A DNA stretch of 64,000 nucleotides from an uncultured Gammaproteobacteria bacterium. GTDB taxonomy: Bacteria > Patescibacteriota > Microgenomatia > UBA12405 > CAZGPK01. Location of the stretch: contig CAZGPK010000002.1 of the NCBI GenBank assembly GCA_964527115.1, forward strand, positions 20,765 through 84,764, read 5' to 3'. The translations under genes were made by a program, and so were the position numbers. The notes under the pieces are model-generated. The model was not told the origin of the DNA. It ran no database searches and saw nothing but the letters and a program-made list of their open reading frames with translations. This document shows positions 9,504 to 18,353 of the stretch, piece by piece. Each line of letters begins with the position of its first letter. Within the stretch, counting starts at the first letter, position 1.

Positions 9504-9794
9504 ATGGAAAAAAAATACGAATTGGTTTTGGTTTTTGACAAGGATTTGGAAAAAAAAGAGAGGGAGGTAGTGTTGGGAATTGTAGAAGGTTGGAGTAAGG
9601 GAAAGGGGTTAACCATTAAGGAAAAGAATGATTTAGGGGTGAAGTCGCTTGTTTACGAGATGAAAGGCAAAAGGGAAGCTGGTTTTTGGCAGTTGTTTTT
9701 AACAGGAAAGGTAGTTTGTTTTGATGAGCTTAGTGTGATGTTAAATCGAGATGAGCGAGTTTGGCGGCATTTGATTTTAAAATCTACAGTTTAA
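9504..9794 (+). CDS. rpsF: 30S ribosomal protein S6
   Basis: KYEL, LG.K.L.YEMK, RHLI; rpsF-ssb-rpsR synteny. Confidence 0.9.
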   Translation: MEKKYELVLVFDKDLEKKEREVVLGIVEGWSKGKGLTIKEKNDLGVKSLVYEMKGKREAGFWQLFLTGKVVCFDELSVMLNRDERVWRHLILKSTV

Positions 9795-9814
9795 TTTTTT
9801 AAAGGAGACGATAA

Positions 9815-10411
9815 ATGGCAACAAGATCACTTAACAGGGTAACTTTAATTGGTAATTTAACCCGAGATCCCGAACTTCGTTATACCCCAAGCGGTATGGC
9901 GGTTTGTTCTTTTGGATTGGCGACTAATCGGAGTTGGACCACGCAGCAGGGTGAGAAAAAAGAGGATGTTCAGTTTCACAAAATTGTGGCTTGGAATAGA
10001 TTGGCGGAGCTTTGTGCCCAGCTTTTGAAAAAAGGACGAAGAGTTTTTGTGGGTGGGCGTTTACAATACCGTGAATGGGTCGGGTCTGATGAAGTGAAGC
10101 GACAAACAACAGAGGTAGTGATAGATGATATGATTATTTTGGATTCTAAGGGAGCCCCTGATCAGGCAGTTGCAGCAAGTGGAGGAGAAGTAATAGTTGA
10201 AGAGACGGCAACAGAAGAAGTAGGCGAGGACTATGCCTTTATGGATGATGTTTCTGAAGAGCTGGGGAAAATAGAGCCGGTGGAAAAGGAGTCTTTGGAG
10301 CCAGCGGAGCCGGCGGAGTCGGAGGTTGAAAAGACAGGGGAAGGAGAGACTGAAGAGAAGGAAGAAGTTAAAAAACCGGAAGACAAGCCGGAAGAGGAGA
10401 TGCCCTTTTAA
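9815..10411 (+). CDS. ssb: Single-stranded DNA-binding protein
   Basis: LNRVTLIGNLTRDPELRYTPSG; long acidic tail ending EEMPF. Confidence 0.97.
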   Translation: MATRSLNRVTLIGNLTRDPELRYTPSGMAVCSFGLATNRSWTTQQGEKKEDVQFHKIVAWNRLAELCAQLLKKGRRVFVGGRLQYREWVGSDEVKRQTTEVVIDDMIILDSKGAPDQAVAASGGEVIVEETATEEVGEDYAFMDDVSEELGKIEPVEKESLEPAEPAESEVEKTGEGETEEKEEVKKPEDKPEEEMPF

Positions 10412-10434
10412 TTTTAGAGGGGAAAATAAGAAAA

Positions 10435-10695
10435 ATGGTAGGCAAAACAAAGAATAAAAGAGGGGGGAAATTTAAAAGAGCAAGAGTAAAGCAAAATTGC
10501 CCTTTTTGTCGGGGAGAATGGCAGTTACACTGGACTCAGTCAGAAAAACTGCAGCAATTCTTGTCAGTGAGGGGGCGGATTTTGGCTAAGGTGTATACCG
10601 GAGTTTGTGCTAAACATCAGCGACGTTTGACAGAAACAATTAAGCAAGCGAGGCATTTAGCCCAGCTTCCCTTTGTAACCGGGCGAGAGAGCTAA
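10435..10695 (+). CDS. rpsR: 30S ribosomal protein S18
   Basis: CPFC...RGRIL...TGVCAKHQRRL...IKQARHLA.LPF. Confidence 0.95.
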   Translation: MVGKTKNKRGGKFKRARVKQNCPFCRGEWQLHWTQSEKLQQFLSVRGRILAKVYTGVCAKHQRRLTETIKQARHLAQLPFVTGRES

Positions 10696-10746
10696 AAATC
10701 AGGGAAATTTGTTTTGAGGAACTTAAGTTGTTAAACTTGAGTTCAG

Positions 10747-11256
10747 ATGAGTAAAAAACAATTGGGGAAGGAGGATTGGGTAGAATGGGAATTTGCCTTG
10801 GCTTTGGGTGATAAGGTTTTAGTCAAAGAGGGAGAGAAAGTGCTGCGAGGTGGAGTCTTGTGGAAGGGGAAAGAGGGTGAATTTTTGGCGCCGGTTTCTT
10901 TAAAGATAGAGAGAATAGGAACGGATAAATTGCTGGTAGCTTTTCGGGCTTTTGAAGTTGAGGCGCGAGAATTGGTTGGAGGAGAGATTTTTGGTGTTTG
11001 GCAAAGGGAGATTTTTTGGGGAGGGGAATTTGGATGGACGGATTGGTATCGGGCTTTGGCTTGTAACAGGAGGGGTTTAGTCTTTTTTGGAGACGAGATG
11101 CCCGATTTTTCTTTTTCAAGAGAAGAAGGTTTGGTGGCGGTTTTAGTGGAAAATCAGCGGCGCTCGGGACTGGCTTCTGTTTTGGAGCTTATGAAGGAGC
11201 CGGTTATTTTTTTGAGATCTGGACCAAAAAAGGCTAGTCTTTTTTTAACAGAGTAG
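10747..11256 (+). CDS. Hypothetical protein
   Basis: 169 aa ORF; LVKEGEKV..G resembles a barrel-sandwich-hybrid fragment. Confidence 0.6.
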   Translation: MSKKQLGKEDWVEWEFALALGDKVLVKEGEKVLRGGVLWKGKEGEFLAPVSLKIERIGTDKLLVAFRAFEVEARELVGGEIFGVWQREIFWGGEFGWTDWYRALACNRRGLVFFGDEMPDFSFSREEGLVAVLVENQRRSGLASVLELMKEPVIFLRSGPKKASLFLTE

Positions 11257-11267
11257 TATAGTAGGTA

Positions 11268-12482
11268 ATGGTATTTCAGAAAGACGGAAATATTTTTTTA
11301 AAAAGATTGCGTTATTTTTGTCTGTTTTTGACGGTTTTGTGGTTGGCGGCTTGGGGAGGGTTTGAGATTGGAAAGAGGGAGGGAGGGAAGAATAGCTTGG
11401 GGCTTGATTTGGAGCTGGTTTGGCAGGTGAAAGGAAGACTTGAGGAAACTTATTTGGACAAAGACAAACTGGACGAGAAAGAAATGGTTTATGGTTTGGC
11501 ACAGGGCTTGGTTTCTTCACTTGAGGATCCTTATACTGTTTTTTTAAGTCCTAAAGAGAATCAGAGGAACCAGGAAGATTTAGCGGGGGAGTTTGGAGGT
11601 GTGGGGATGCAATTGGGGTATAGAGAGGAGACACTGGCTGTTGTTTCACCACTTAAAGGGACGCCAGCGGAGAAGGCGGGGGTGAAGGCAGGGGATTTAA
11701 TTTTGAAAATTGTGGACGAGGAGGCAGGGATAGACCGGGATACGAGAGGAATAAGCTTGCCGGAGGCAGTAGAGCTTATTAGGGGAAAGGAAGGGAGTGA
11801 GGTTAAGATTACCTTTTTTAGAGAGGGGGGGGATAGCGCTTTTGAAAAGGTAATTAAGCGAGAGCAAATTGTGGTACCTAATTTGGTTTTGGAGTGGAAA
11901 GAAGTGGCAGGAGGAAAAGTGGCAGTAATTGGTCTTAACAGTTTTACAGAGAGGCTTTTTGAAGAATGGCCGGCATTAGTTAATCGGGTTAAAGCTGAGA
12001 CGAATGGGGAGAGCTTGGGAATTATTTTAGATCTTCGCAATAATGCCGGGGGTTTTATGCAAGGGGCAGTGATGGTGGCCTCTGATTTTTTGACTGATGG
12101 GGTAATAGTAAAACAGGAAATGGCAGGGGGGAAAATAGAGACTTATATGGTAGATAAGACGAGAAGGGGATTAGTGGATTTGCCCTTGGTGGTTTTGGTA
12201 AATGCTGGTTCAGCGTCGGCGGCGGAGATTTTGGCTGGGGCCTTAAAAGAGCATGGTCGGGCTCAATTAGTGGGAGAGAAAACATTTGGAAAAGGGACGG
12301 TGCAGCAGCCGGAGATTTTGGAGGATGGTAGTGGTTTGCATATTACCATTGCTCGATGGCTTTTGCCGTCGGGGTTAAATATTCACGATGTAGGAGTGGA
12401 GCCGGATGAGTTGGTGGAGTGGAAGACAGAGAGCGAGGATCCTCAGCTTAAAAAGGCCTTGGAAATTTTAGTAGGCAAGTAG
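11268..12482 (+). CDS. ctpA: S41 carboxyl-terminal processing protease
   Basis: DPYT, PDZ, LDLRNNAGG, SASAAEI, GEKTFGKG. Confidence 0.95.
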   Translation: MVFQKDGNIFLKRLRYFCLFLTVLWLAAWGGFEIGKREGGKNSLGLDLELVWQVKGRLEETYLDKDKLDEKEMVYGLAQGLVSSLEDPYTVFLSPKENQRNQEDLAGEFGGVGMQLGYREETLAVVSPLKGTPAEKAGVKAGDLILKIVDEEAGIDRDTRGISLPEAVELIRGKEGSEVKITFFREGGDSAFEKVIKREQIVVPNLVLEWKEVAGGKVAVIGLNSFTERLFEEWPALVNRVKAETNGESLGIILDLRNNAGGFMQGAVMVASDFLTDGVIVKQEMAGGKIETYMVDKTRRGLVDLPLVVLVNAGSASAAEILAGALKEHGRAQLVGEKTFGKGTVQQPEILEDGSGLHITIARWLLPSGLNIHDVGVEPDELVEWKTESEDPQLKKALEILVGK

Positions 12483-12522
12483 GCGAGTCGGGAGTTGACT
12501 GCTTAAAAGAGGTGGAGGTAAA

Positions 12523-13713
12523 ATGATGTATTTTATGAGGAAAGATTGTAATAGATTTTTGGGAAATGGTTTTTGGTTGGGATTGGGGGTGGGGATATTT
12601 TTGGTGGGGGTGCTTTTGGGTGGTGCGGCGGTGGATCGTAGTTTTGGTTTTGATTTTTTGGATCGATGGTTTCCTCCTAGGGTGGCAGAAGATGGAGGGA
12701 CTTTAGCTTTGTTGCCAAAGGGGGTGCTTAATGAGGAGTCGGTGGTGATTGGGGTGGTAGAGGAGGCAACAGTGGCGGTAGTGACAGTAAGTATTTCTAA
12801 AGTTCAGGTGAATCAAGATCTTTTTAAATTTTTCTTTGGATTAGAGCAGGGAGAGGAAAAGCAAGAGCAAATTGAACAGGATATTGGTACGGGGTTTGTA
12901 ATTAGCAAAGATGGTTTAATAGTAACTAATCGTCATGTGGTGGGGGAGATAGGGGCAAAATATAAAGTGGCAACAGCGGATGATCAGGTTTATGAGGTAA
13001 AGGAAATATATCGGGATCCAGTCAATGATTTGGCGATTTTAAAAATAGAGGTTGATGATCTTAAGCCTTTAGAGTTGGGGGATTCAGATAAGCTTAAGGT
13101 GGGACAAATGGTGATAGCAATTGGAACGGCTTTAGGTGAATTTCGGTCGACCGTTACAACGGGAGTGATTTCCGGGTTGGGGAGGGGAATTACGGCTGAG
13201 GCGGCGCTAACAGGTAGTGAACGCTTGGATAATGTGATTCAGGTTGATGCGGCGATAAATCCAGGTAATTCTGGTGGGCCGCTTTTAAATTCGGCTGGGC
13301 AAGTGATTGGAGTGAATGTGGCAGTAGCCAGCGGAAGTGAAAATATTGGCTTTGCGTTGCCGATTAATATTGTGAGGGAGTCAATTGAAAATTTTAAGGC
13401 AACAGGAGAGTTTGAAAGGCCATTTTTAGGAGTAACTTATCGGGTGATTTCAAAAAAGGCGGCGATTTTGAATGAGGTGCCGCAGGGACTTTGGGTACAG
13501 CAGGTGGTGGAGGGAACGCCGGCCGGGAAGGCGGGAATAAAAGAGGGGGATATTATGCTAGAGTTTGACGGGGAAAAGCTAGGAGAGGAGGGAGAAGTGT
13601 TGGTAAAACTTATTAATAAAAAGAAGATAGGGGACGAGGTGCTAGTGAAGATTTGGCGAGAGGGAGAGGAAAAGAGCTTGCGAGTGAAACTTGAGAAAAG
13701 AGTTGAAATTTAG
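12523..13713 (+). CDS. htrA: HtrA/DegP-like serine protease with PDZ
   Basis: [21 protein letters not shown], one PDZ domain. Confidence 0.95.
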   Translation: MMYFMRKDCNRFLGNGFWLGLGVGIFLVGVLLGGAAVDRSFGFDFLDRWFPPRVAEDGGTLALLPKGVLNEESVVIGVVEEATVAVVTVSISKVQVNQDLFKFFFGLEQGEEKQEQIEQDIGTGFVISKDGLIVTNRHVVGEIGAKYKVATADDQVYEVKEIYRDPVNDLAILKIEVDDLKPLELGDSDKLKVGQMVIAIGTALGEFRSTVTTGVISGLGRGITAEAALTGSERLDNVIQVDAAINPGNSGGPLLNSAGQVIGVNVAVASGSENIGFALPINIVRESIENFKATGEFERPFLGVTYRVISKKAAILNEVPQGLWVQQVVEGTPAGKAGIKEGDIMLEFDGEKLGEEGEVLVKLINKKKIGDEVLVKIWREGEEKSLRVKLEKRVEI

Positions 13714-14420
13714 TTTTCCGTTAAAACAGAGAGTTCGAGGATAATGTCTTCTAAGTCGCCATTTACAATTTTGTCCAGGCGGTGCCAGGATTTGCCAAGG
13801 CGGTGGTCGGTAACTCGGTTTTGGGGGAAATTATAGGTACGGATTTTATCGGCACGAAGACTTTGGCCAACACTTTTTCGGGTGCTGGCAATTTGTGAGT
13901 CTTTTTCCCCCTCTTCTTCTTGCCAGAGCTTGGCAGCAAGGATTTGCATGGCAATGGCCCGGTTTTGTTGCTGTGAGCGCTCCTGGCGAGCTGAGACAGT
14001 GATGCCGGATGGACGGTGAAAGAGGCGAACAGCAGTGGAAACTTTGTTGACATTTTGGCCACCGTGGCCTCCGGCCCGAAAGGCTTCAAAATCGATATCA
14101 GATTCGTTTACTTTAATTTCACGAGCATCTATTTTGGGAAGGACGACAAGAGAGGCAGTAGAGGTATGGATCCGGCCTCTTTTTTCGGTACTGGGGATAC
14201 GCTGGACGCGGTGGACGCCGGTTTCCAGCTTAAGCTGGTCGTAGACGTCAAAGCCGCTTATTTGAATGACAGAGTCGTCAATGGGAGAGACTTTCCAGCC
14301 GACTTGATTAGCGTAGCGAGTGTACATACGCAAGAGATCATCAGCCCAGATTTTGGCCTCTTCGCCGCCGGGGCCGGGATGGATTTCCAAAATGGCAATG
14401 TTTTTATTAATAGCAACCAT
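13710..14420 (-). CDS. prfA: Peptide chain release factor 1, lacking the N-terminal domain
   Basis: [12 protein letters not shown] (PxT), [25 protein letters not shown]; only 236 aa. Confidence 0.85.
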   Translation of the reverse strand: MVAINKNIAILEIHPGPGGEEAKIWADDLLRMYTRYANQVGWKVSPIDDSVIQISGFDVYDQLKLETGVHRVQRIPSTEKRGRIHTSTASLVVLPKIDAREIKVNESDIDFEAFRAGGHGGQNVNKVSTAVRLFHRPSGITVSARQERSQQQNRAIAMQILAAKLWQEEEGEKDSQIASTRKSVGQSLRADKIRTYNFPQNRVTDHRLGKSWHRLDKIVNGDLEDIILELSVLTEN

Positions 14421-14451
14421 AAAATACCAGGCAAAAAATTGAGGTGATTAG

Positions 14452-14772
14452 CTATTTTTTAGCTGAGGAAGGGGAGTTTTTCTTTTTTTTGGAGTGAGAG
14501 GAGACTTGAGAAAAGGAGAGAGTTTCCTTGGCTTGTTTTTTCTTGGCGTGAATCTTTTTTTGATAGGCTTGACCCCTTTCTTGTTTTTCGCGGAAGCGCT
14601 CAATGCGACCTTTGGTATCAATATATTTCATTTCGCCGGTAAAGAGGGGATGACAGGCGGAGCAAATTTCTACCTCTATTTTGGGCAGAGTGGAGCCGGT
14701 GCTAAACTTGTTGCCACAAGTACAGGTGACTTGGCAATCGTCGTAGTATTTAGGATGGATACCAGATTTCAT
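14452..14772 (-). CDS. rpmE: 50S ribosomal protein L31
   Basis: MKSGIHPKY, CTCG, CSACHPLFTG; basic C-terminal extension. Confidence 0.97.
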   Translation of the reverse strand: MKSGIHPKYYDDCQVTCTCGNKFSTGSTLPKIEVEICSACHPLFTGEMKYIDTKGRIERFREKQERGQAYQKKIHAKKKQAKETLSFSQVSSHSKKKKNSPSSAKK

Positions 14773-14813
14773 ACAGGGGTAATTATATCAGTCTTTACCT
14801 AAAACTCAAACGT

Positions 14814-16166
14814 TCAAGCGAGAGGGGTTTTGAGGCGGGAAACTATTTGGGGAAAAGTGAGAGTTTTCTGTTGGCCGGTCAACATGTCTTTTAGGCTAAT
14901 AGTGTTGGCTTTGGCCTCATCAGGTCCAATGATGGCAACAAAGGGAATATCTTTTTGGCTGGCGTATTTGAATTGTTTGGGAAGAGGTATGCTTGGATCA
15001 GGGTAAAGCTCGGTGTTAAAGCCAGAGTTCCTTAGGTTTTTGGCGAGGTTAATGGCGGGATTAAGAAGATCGAGGGAAAAAACAGTGACTAGAATAAGGG
15101 TGGCAAGAGGGGAAAAGCCTTTTATTTTTTTGTCTTTTAGGATTTCAATAATTCTTTCGATACCAAAAGAGCCGCCAGAGGCGGGAATGTCACGGCCGGT
15201 GTAAAGGCCGGTTAGCTTATCATAGCGGCCACAGCCGGCAATGGAGCCAATATTTTCATCGGTAATGACAAATTCCCAGACAGGGCCGGTGTAATAACCC
15301 ATACCGCGAATAATGCGGGGGTCAAACTGGTAAAGGCTAGAGGAAACTCCGGCGCTTTTAAGGTAGTCAAGGATGCTTTGAGTTTCAGTAAGGCCTTCTT
15401 GGGTTTTGGCGTCTGAGGGAAGTGTCTTTTTTAGCTTAGCTAGTTTCTCTTCGGAGGAGCCAGAAATGGTGATAATCTCTAGGGCCTTTTGGATGACGGT
15501 AGGGGATATTTGGCGGTTTATTGCGTCTTTTTTGACGGCAATTGGTCCGATTTTTTCCAGCTTATCAAGAGAGATGGCCAGATCGTATTCTTTGTTTTTG
15601 GGAATACCAGAGGCTTGGAAGATACTATTTAAGATTTTGCGATTGTTGATGCGGGCAGAAAAATTTTTAAAGCCCAGGGTTTGGATGGCTTCGATACCCA
15701 TTTGGATAAATTCAGCATCGACAAGGACTGACTTGGTGCCCCAGACATCGGCGTCACACTGGGTGAATTCGCGGAAGCGACCTTTCTGGGTATTTTCAGC
15801 TCGCCAAGCTAGCTGGATTTGGTAGCGCTTGAAGGGAAAAACAAGGGAGTTGTAGTTTTGGGCCACAAAGCGGCAAGCGGGGACAGTCATGTCAAAGCGC
15901 AGGCCAACTTCGCGTCCCCCTTGGTCTTTGAAGATGTAGGCTAGTTGATCCATTTCTCCACCGGCTTTACCCAGGAGAATGTCAGCATATTCTAGGGTGG
16001 GAGTTTCCAGGGGTTGGTAGCCGTATTTTTCAAAGACACGTCTAAAGACGCCGATAACATACTCTCGTAGTTTAGCGTCAGGACCGTAAAAGTCCCGGAA
16101 ACCTTTAAGGGTTCTGGGTTTGATGGTGTTTTTTTTGTCAGTTATTTTTTTTATTTTTTTATTCAT
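14814..16166 (-). CDS. hisS: Histidine--tRNA ligase
   Basis: GFRDF, LRFDMTVP, GRFREFTQCD, RGMGYYTG, GRYD, anticodon-binding domain. Confidence 0.97.
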   Translation of the reverse strand: MNKKIKKITDKKNTIKPRTLKGFRDFYGPDAKLREYVIGVFRRVFEKYGYQPLETPTLEYADILLGKAGGEMDQLAYIFKDQGGREVGLRFDMTVPACRFVAQNYNSLVFPFKRYQIQLAWRAENTQKGRFREFTQCDADVWGTKSVLVDAEFIQMGIEAIQTLGFKNFSARINNRKILNSIFQASGIPKNKEYDLAISLDKLEKIGPIAVKKDAINRQISPTVIQKALEIITISGSSEEKLAKLKKTLPSDAKTQEGLTETQSILDYLKSAGVSSSLYQFDPRIIRGMGYYTGPVWEFVITDENIGSIAGCGRYDKLTGLYTGRDIPASGGSFGIERIIEILKDKKIKGFSPLATLILVTVFSLDLLNPAINLAKNLRNSGFNTELYPDPSIPLPKQFKYASQKDIPFVAIIGPDEAKANTISLKDMLTGQQKTLTFPQIVSRLKTPLA

Positions 16167-16185
16167 TTTTTATTTTTTAAAATAA

Positions 16186-16264
16186 TGGGGGTGGTACACC
16201 GGACTCGAACCGGCAACCTTCTGCTTCACAGGCAGATGCTCTAACCAATTGAGCTAGTACCACC
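16186..16264 (-). tRNA. tRNA-His(GTG)
   Basis: Cloverleaf GGTGGTACTAGCTCAATTGGTTAGAGCATCTGCCTGTGAAGCAGAAGGTTGCCGGTTCGAGTCCGGTGTACCACC; G-1:C73 encoded; 3' end reads CCCA (one extra C). Confidence 0.95.
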
Positions 16265-16277
16265 AGGTAAAAGGACT

Positions 16278-16302
16278 AAAAAACCCGCCTGGCTGGCGGG
16301 GT
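16278..16302 (-). terminator. Intrinsic terminator (attenuator 3:4 hairpin) upstream of tRNA-His
   Basis: CCCGCC-AGCCA-GGCGGG-TTTTTT on the minus strand. Confidence 0.85.
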
Positions 16303-16330
16303 AATTGGAACATGCAAAAGCCCGCCAAGT

Positions 16331-16378
16331 TTAAAGGTTGGCGTGATGATGGTTTAAGGGAGCCTTTGCTTTTTCCAT
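16331..16378 (-). CDS. His leader peptide MEKAKAPLNHHHANL
   Basis: ATG GAA AAA GCA AAG GCT CCC TTA AAC CAT CAT CAC GCC AAC CTT TAA; three tandem His codons; lies between the promoter and the attenuator hairpins. Confidence 0.85.
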   Translation of the reverse strand: MEKAKAPLNHHHANL

Positions 16379-16384
16379 TTTGTG

Positions 16385-16414
16385 ATTTTATAGTTTTAGA
16401 CTGGGTAATGTCAA
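16385..16414 (-). promoter_or_regulatory. Sigma70 promoter of leader-tRNA-His-hisS
   Basis: TTGACA-18 bp-TAAAAT, 6 nt before the leader ATG. Confidence 0.8.
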
Positions 16415-16415
16415 G

Positions 16416-17171
16416 TTATTCAGAGATTGTTGGAGAGGGGGAGGAGGAAGGGATAGTTTCTTCGTTTTCAGCAAGAATCAAGATTTTTTGGGCCAGGACA
16501 GAGCTGCCGTTTTCCGGTTTCTTTTTGTAGACAGCGAGAATTGTTTGCCCTTTGGCTATTTTGAAAGAGGTGGGGGCGGAGTTAACTTCAGCGTTTTTTT
16601 TGAGGTAGATTTTGCTGGCTTTATCAAGGCTTAATTCGAGTTGGGCATCTTTATCTGTCAGGGGAATAAGAAGGATAGTGTTAGTTGTTTGGGAGTAGTC
16701 AGCGACTTGGCCGAGGGAGACTTTTGATAGTTCCTGGAGAGGCTCAATAACAATAATTCTTTTGGCGTCTAGGCTGTCGGGACTGTTTTGGTAACCCATG
16801 ACAAGGATAACTTGGTCGATTTTAAGGTCTTCAAAATTAATTTTTTGGCGGGATTGGTCAATAATAGTTATTTCTGAAGGGAGGAAAGAGATTTTTTTTG
16901 TTTTTGATTGAGGGAAAGTGCTTAGTTCTAAGGTATTTTCTTCCTGATTTATTTGGGTGATGGTGCCGGAGAGGGCAAGTTTTTGATTGGTTTGGGTGAT
17001 TGATTTTAGTTTTTCGGCAACAGCATCTTTAACAGCCGAGCGAATTGATTCAATTTCTCCATTTAGATCTTCTTCTAAATTGCTGCTGGGGGTGCCGGTT
17101 TGAGCCAGAACAGAGAAATTACCAGCAAGAAGAAGGGAGGAAAGAAGGAGTAAGAGCGAGATTTTTTTCAT
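16416..17171 (-). CDS. Secreted hypothetical protein (DUF5666/OB-like beta repeats)
   Basis: Signal peptide; DLKIDQVILVMG...LDAKRI pattern. Confidence 0.7.
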   Translation of the reverse strand: MKKISLLLLLSSLLLAGNFSVLAQTGTPSSNLEEDLNGEIESIRSAVKDAVAEKLKSITQTNQKLALSGTITQINQEENTLELSTFPQSKTKKISFLPSEITIIDQSRQKINFEDLKIDQVILVMGYQNSPDSLDAKRIIVIEPLQELSKVSLGQVADYSQTTNTILLIPLTDKDAQLELSLDKASKIYLKKNAEVNSAPTSFKIAKGQTILAVYKKKPENGSSVLAQKILILAENEETIPSSSPSPTISE

Positions 17172-17177
17172 GGTTTT

Positions 17178-17624
17178 TTAAATTTTGGCGGTGGAAAAAG
17201 TAACAAGGATAGTTTCGGTTTGGATTTGTCCGGCGGGGTTGGTAGCGCTGATATTTATTTGGTTTAGACCCCCTTGAAGCTCAAGCTCAGTTTCGAAGTT
17301 TCCCTTTTCGTCGGGAAGAATAAAATAGGAGTCGGAGTCGGTAACAATAACAATGCTGTTTTCGGGATCAGTTATACCTTCAAGAGTAATTTGGTCTTTG
17401 CTGAAAAGTTCATCTGGTTGGGGAGAGCTAATTTTTAGTTTGACTGTTTGGGAAGAGAGATCGGAAGTGGGGGAAGGTCCGTTGGAAGGGGATCCGGAAG
17501 GTTCTTGAGAGGAAGCTTGGGGAGGAGATGATTTCTTTTGTTGGTTTTTGTACCAGATAAAAGAAGTGGAAGCAAAACCAAGAAGGGAACCAGCCAGAAG
17601 TGCGAAAATAATCTCTTTTTTCAT
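17178..17624 (-). CDS. Membrane-anchored Ig-like domain protein
   Basis: TM, Ser/Pro linker, ISSP...ITLEGIT...GNF...L..GLNQINISAT. Confidence 0.75.
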   Translation of the reverse strand: MKKEIIFALLAGSLLGFASTSFIWYKNQQKKSSPPQASSQEPSGSPSNGPSPTSDLSSQTVKLKISSPQPDELFSKDQITLEGITDPENSIVIVTDSDSYFILPDEKGNFETELELQGGLNQINISATNPAGQIQTETILVTFSTAKI

Positions 17625-17703
17625 AGGTTTTTCATATTAGAATATTATCAGACTTAAATCAAGTCGCAAAGGAGGGGGGTGGTTTTTGTGATATGATTGG
17701 TTT

Positions 17704-18345
17704 ATGGAAATTTCTTTTTTGGGACGGTTTTGTTTTTTGGTAAAAGACAAGTCTTTGGGGGTTTTTTTTGATCCCCATGATTTGGCTCTTTTGAAAAAGT
17801 CGGGTTTTTTGTCTTTGGAAAGTGGAATTTTGGCATATAGCAGGGGAGAGTGGGGGCAGGAGTTTGTAAAAAGAGGAGAGGAGACGGGAGAAGAGCTTTT
17901 GTTGGTAGCCGGTCCGGGTGATTATGAAAAAAAAGGAGTAGAGATCAGAGGTTGGTTTAGTGGGACCGGAAAAGGGAAAAATAGTGTTTATCTTTTACGA
18001 ATGGGAGGGGTCAGGCTTTTGAACTTAGGGAAAGTTGAGTTGCCTTTTTCGGAAAAGATCATAGAGGAGGTAGGAGTAGTTGATGTTTTATTTTTACCGT
18101 TGGGAGGGGAGGGAACTGGTTTGGGAGTCAAGGAGGCGGTTAAATTTATCTCTTTGTTTAGTCCTCAGATTGTAATTCCGATGAACTTTGAAGAAGAGGG
18201 AGATGAGGAAACTAAAGGTTTAGCCCGGATGGAGGAATTTTTAAAAGAGATTGATGCGCCAGGATTGAAACCAGTGGAGAAATTGCTGGTGAAGAGTGGA
18301 GAACTGCCGGAAGAAAGACAGATTGTTTGGCTTAAAAGGCATTGA
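17704..18345 (+). CDS. MBL-fold hydrolase-like protein (degenerate metal motif)
   Basis: GPGDYE..GVEI, DVLFLPLGG, PQIVIPM; HxHxDH absent. Confidence 0.8.
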   Translation: MEISFLGRFCFLVKDKSLGVFFDPHDLALLKKSGFLSLESGILAYSRGEWGQEFVKRGEETGEELLLVAGPGDYEKKGVEIRGWFSGTGKGKNSVYLLRMGGVRLLNLGKVELPFSEKIIEEVGVVDVLFLPLGGEGTGLGVKEAVKFISLFSPQIVIPMNFEEEGDEETKGLARMEEFLKEIDAPGLKPVEKLLVKSGELPEERQIVWLKRH

Positions 18346-18353
18346 TTTTGAAT

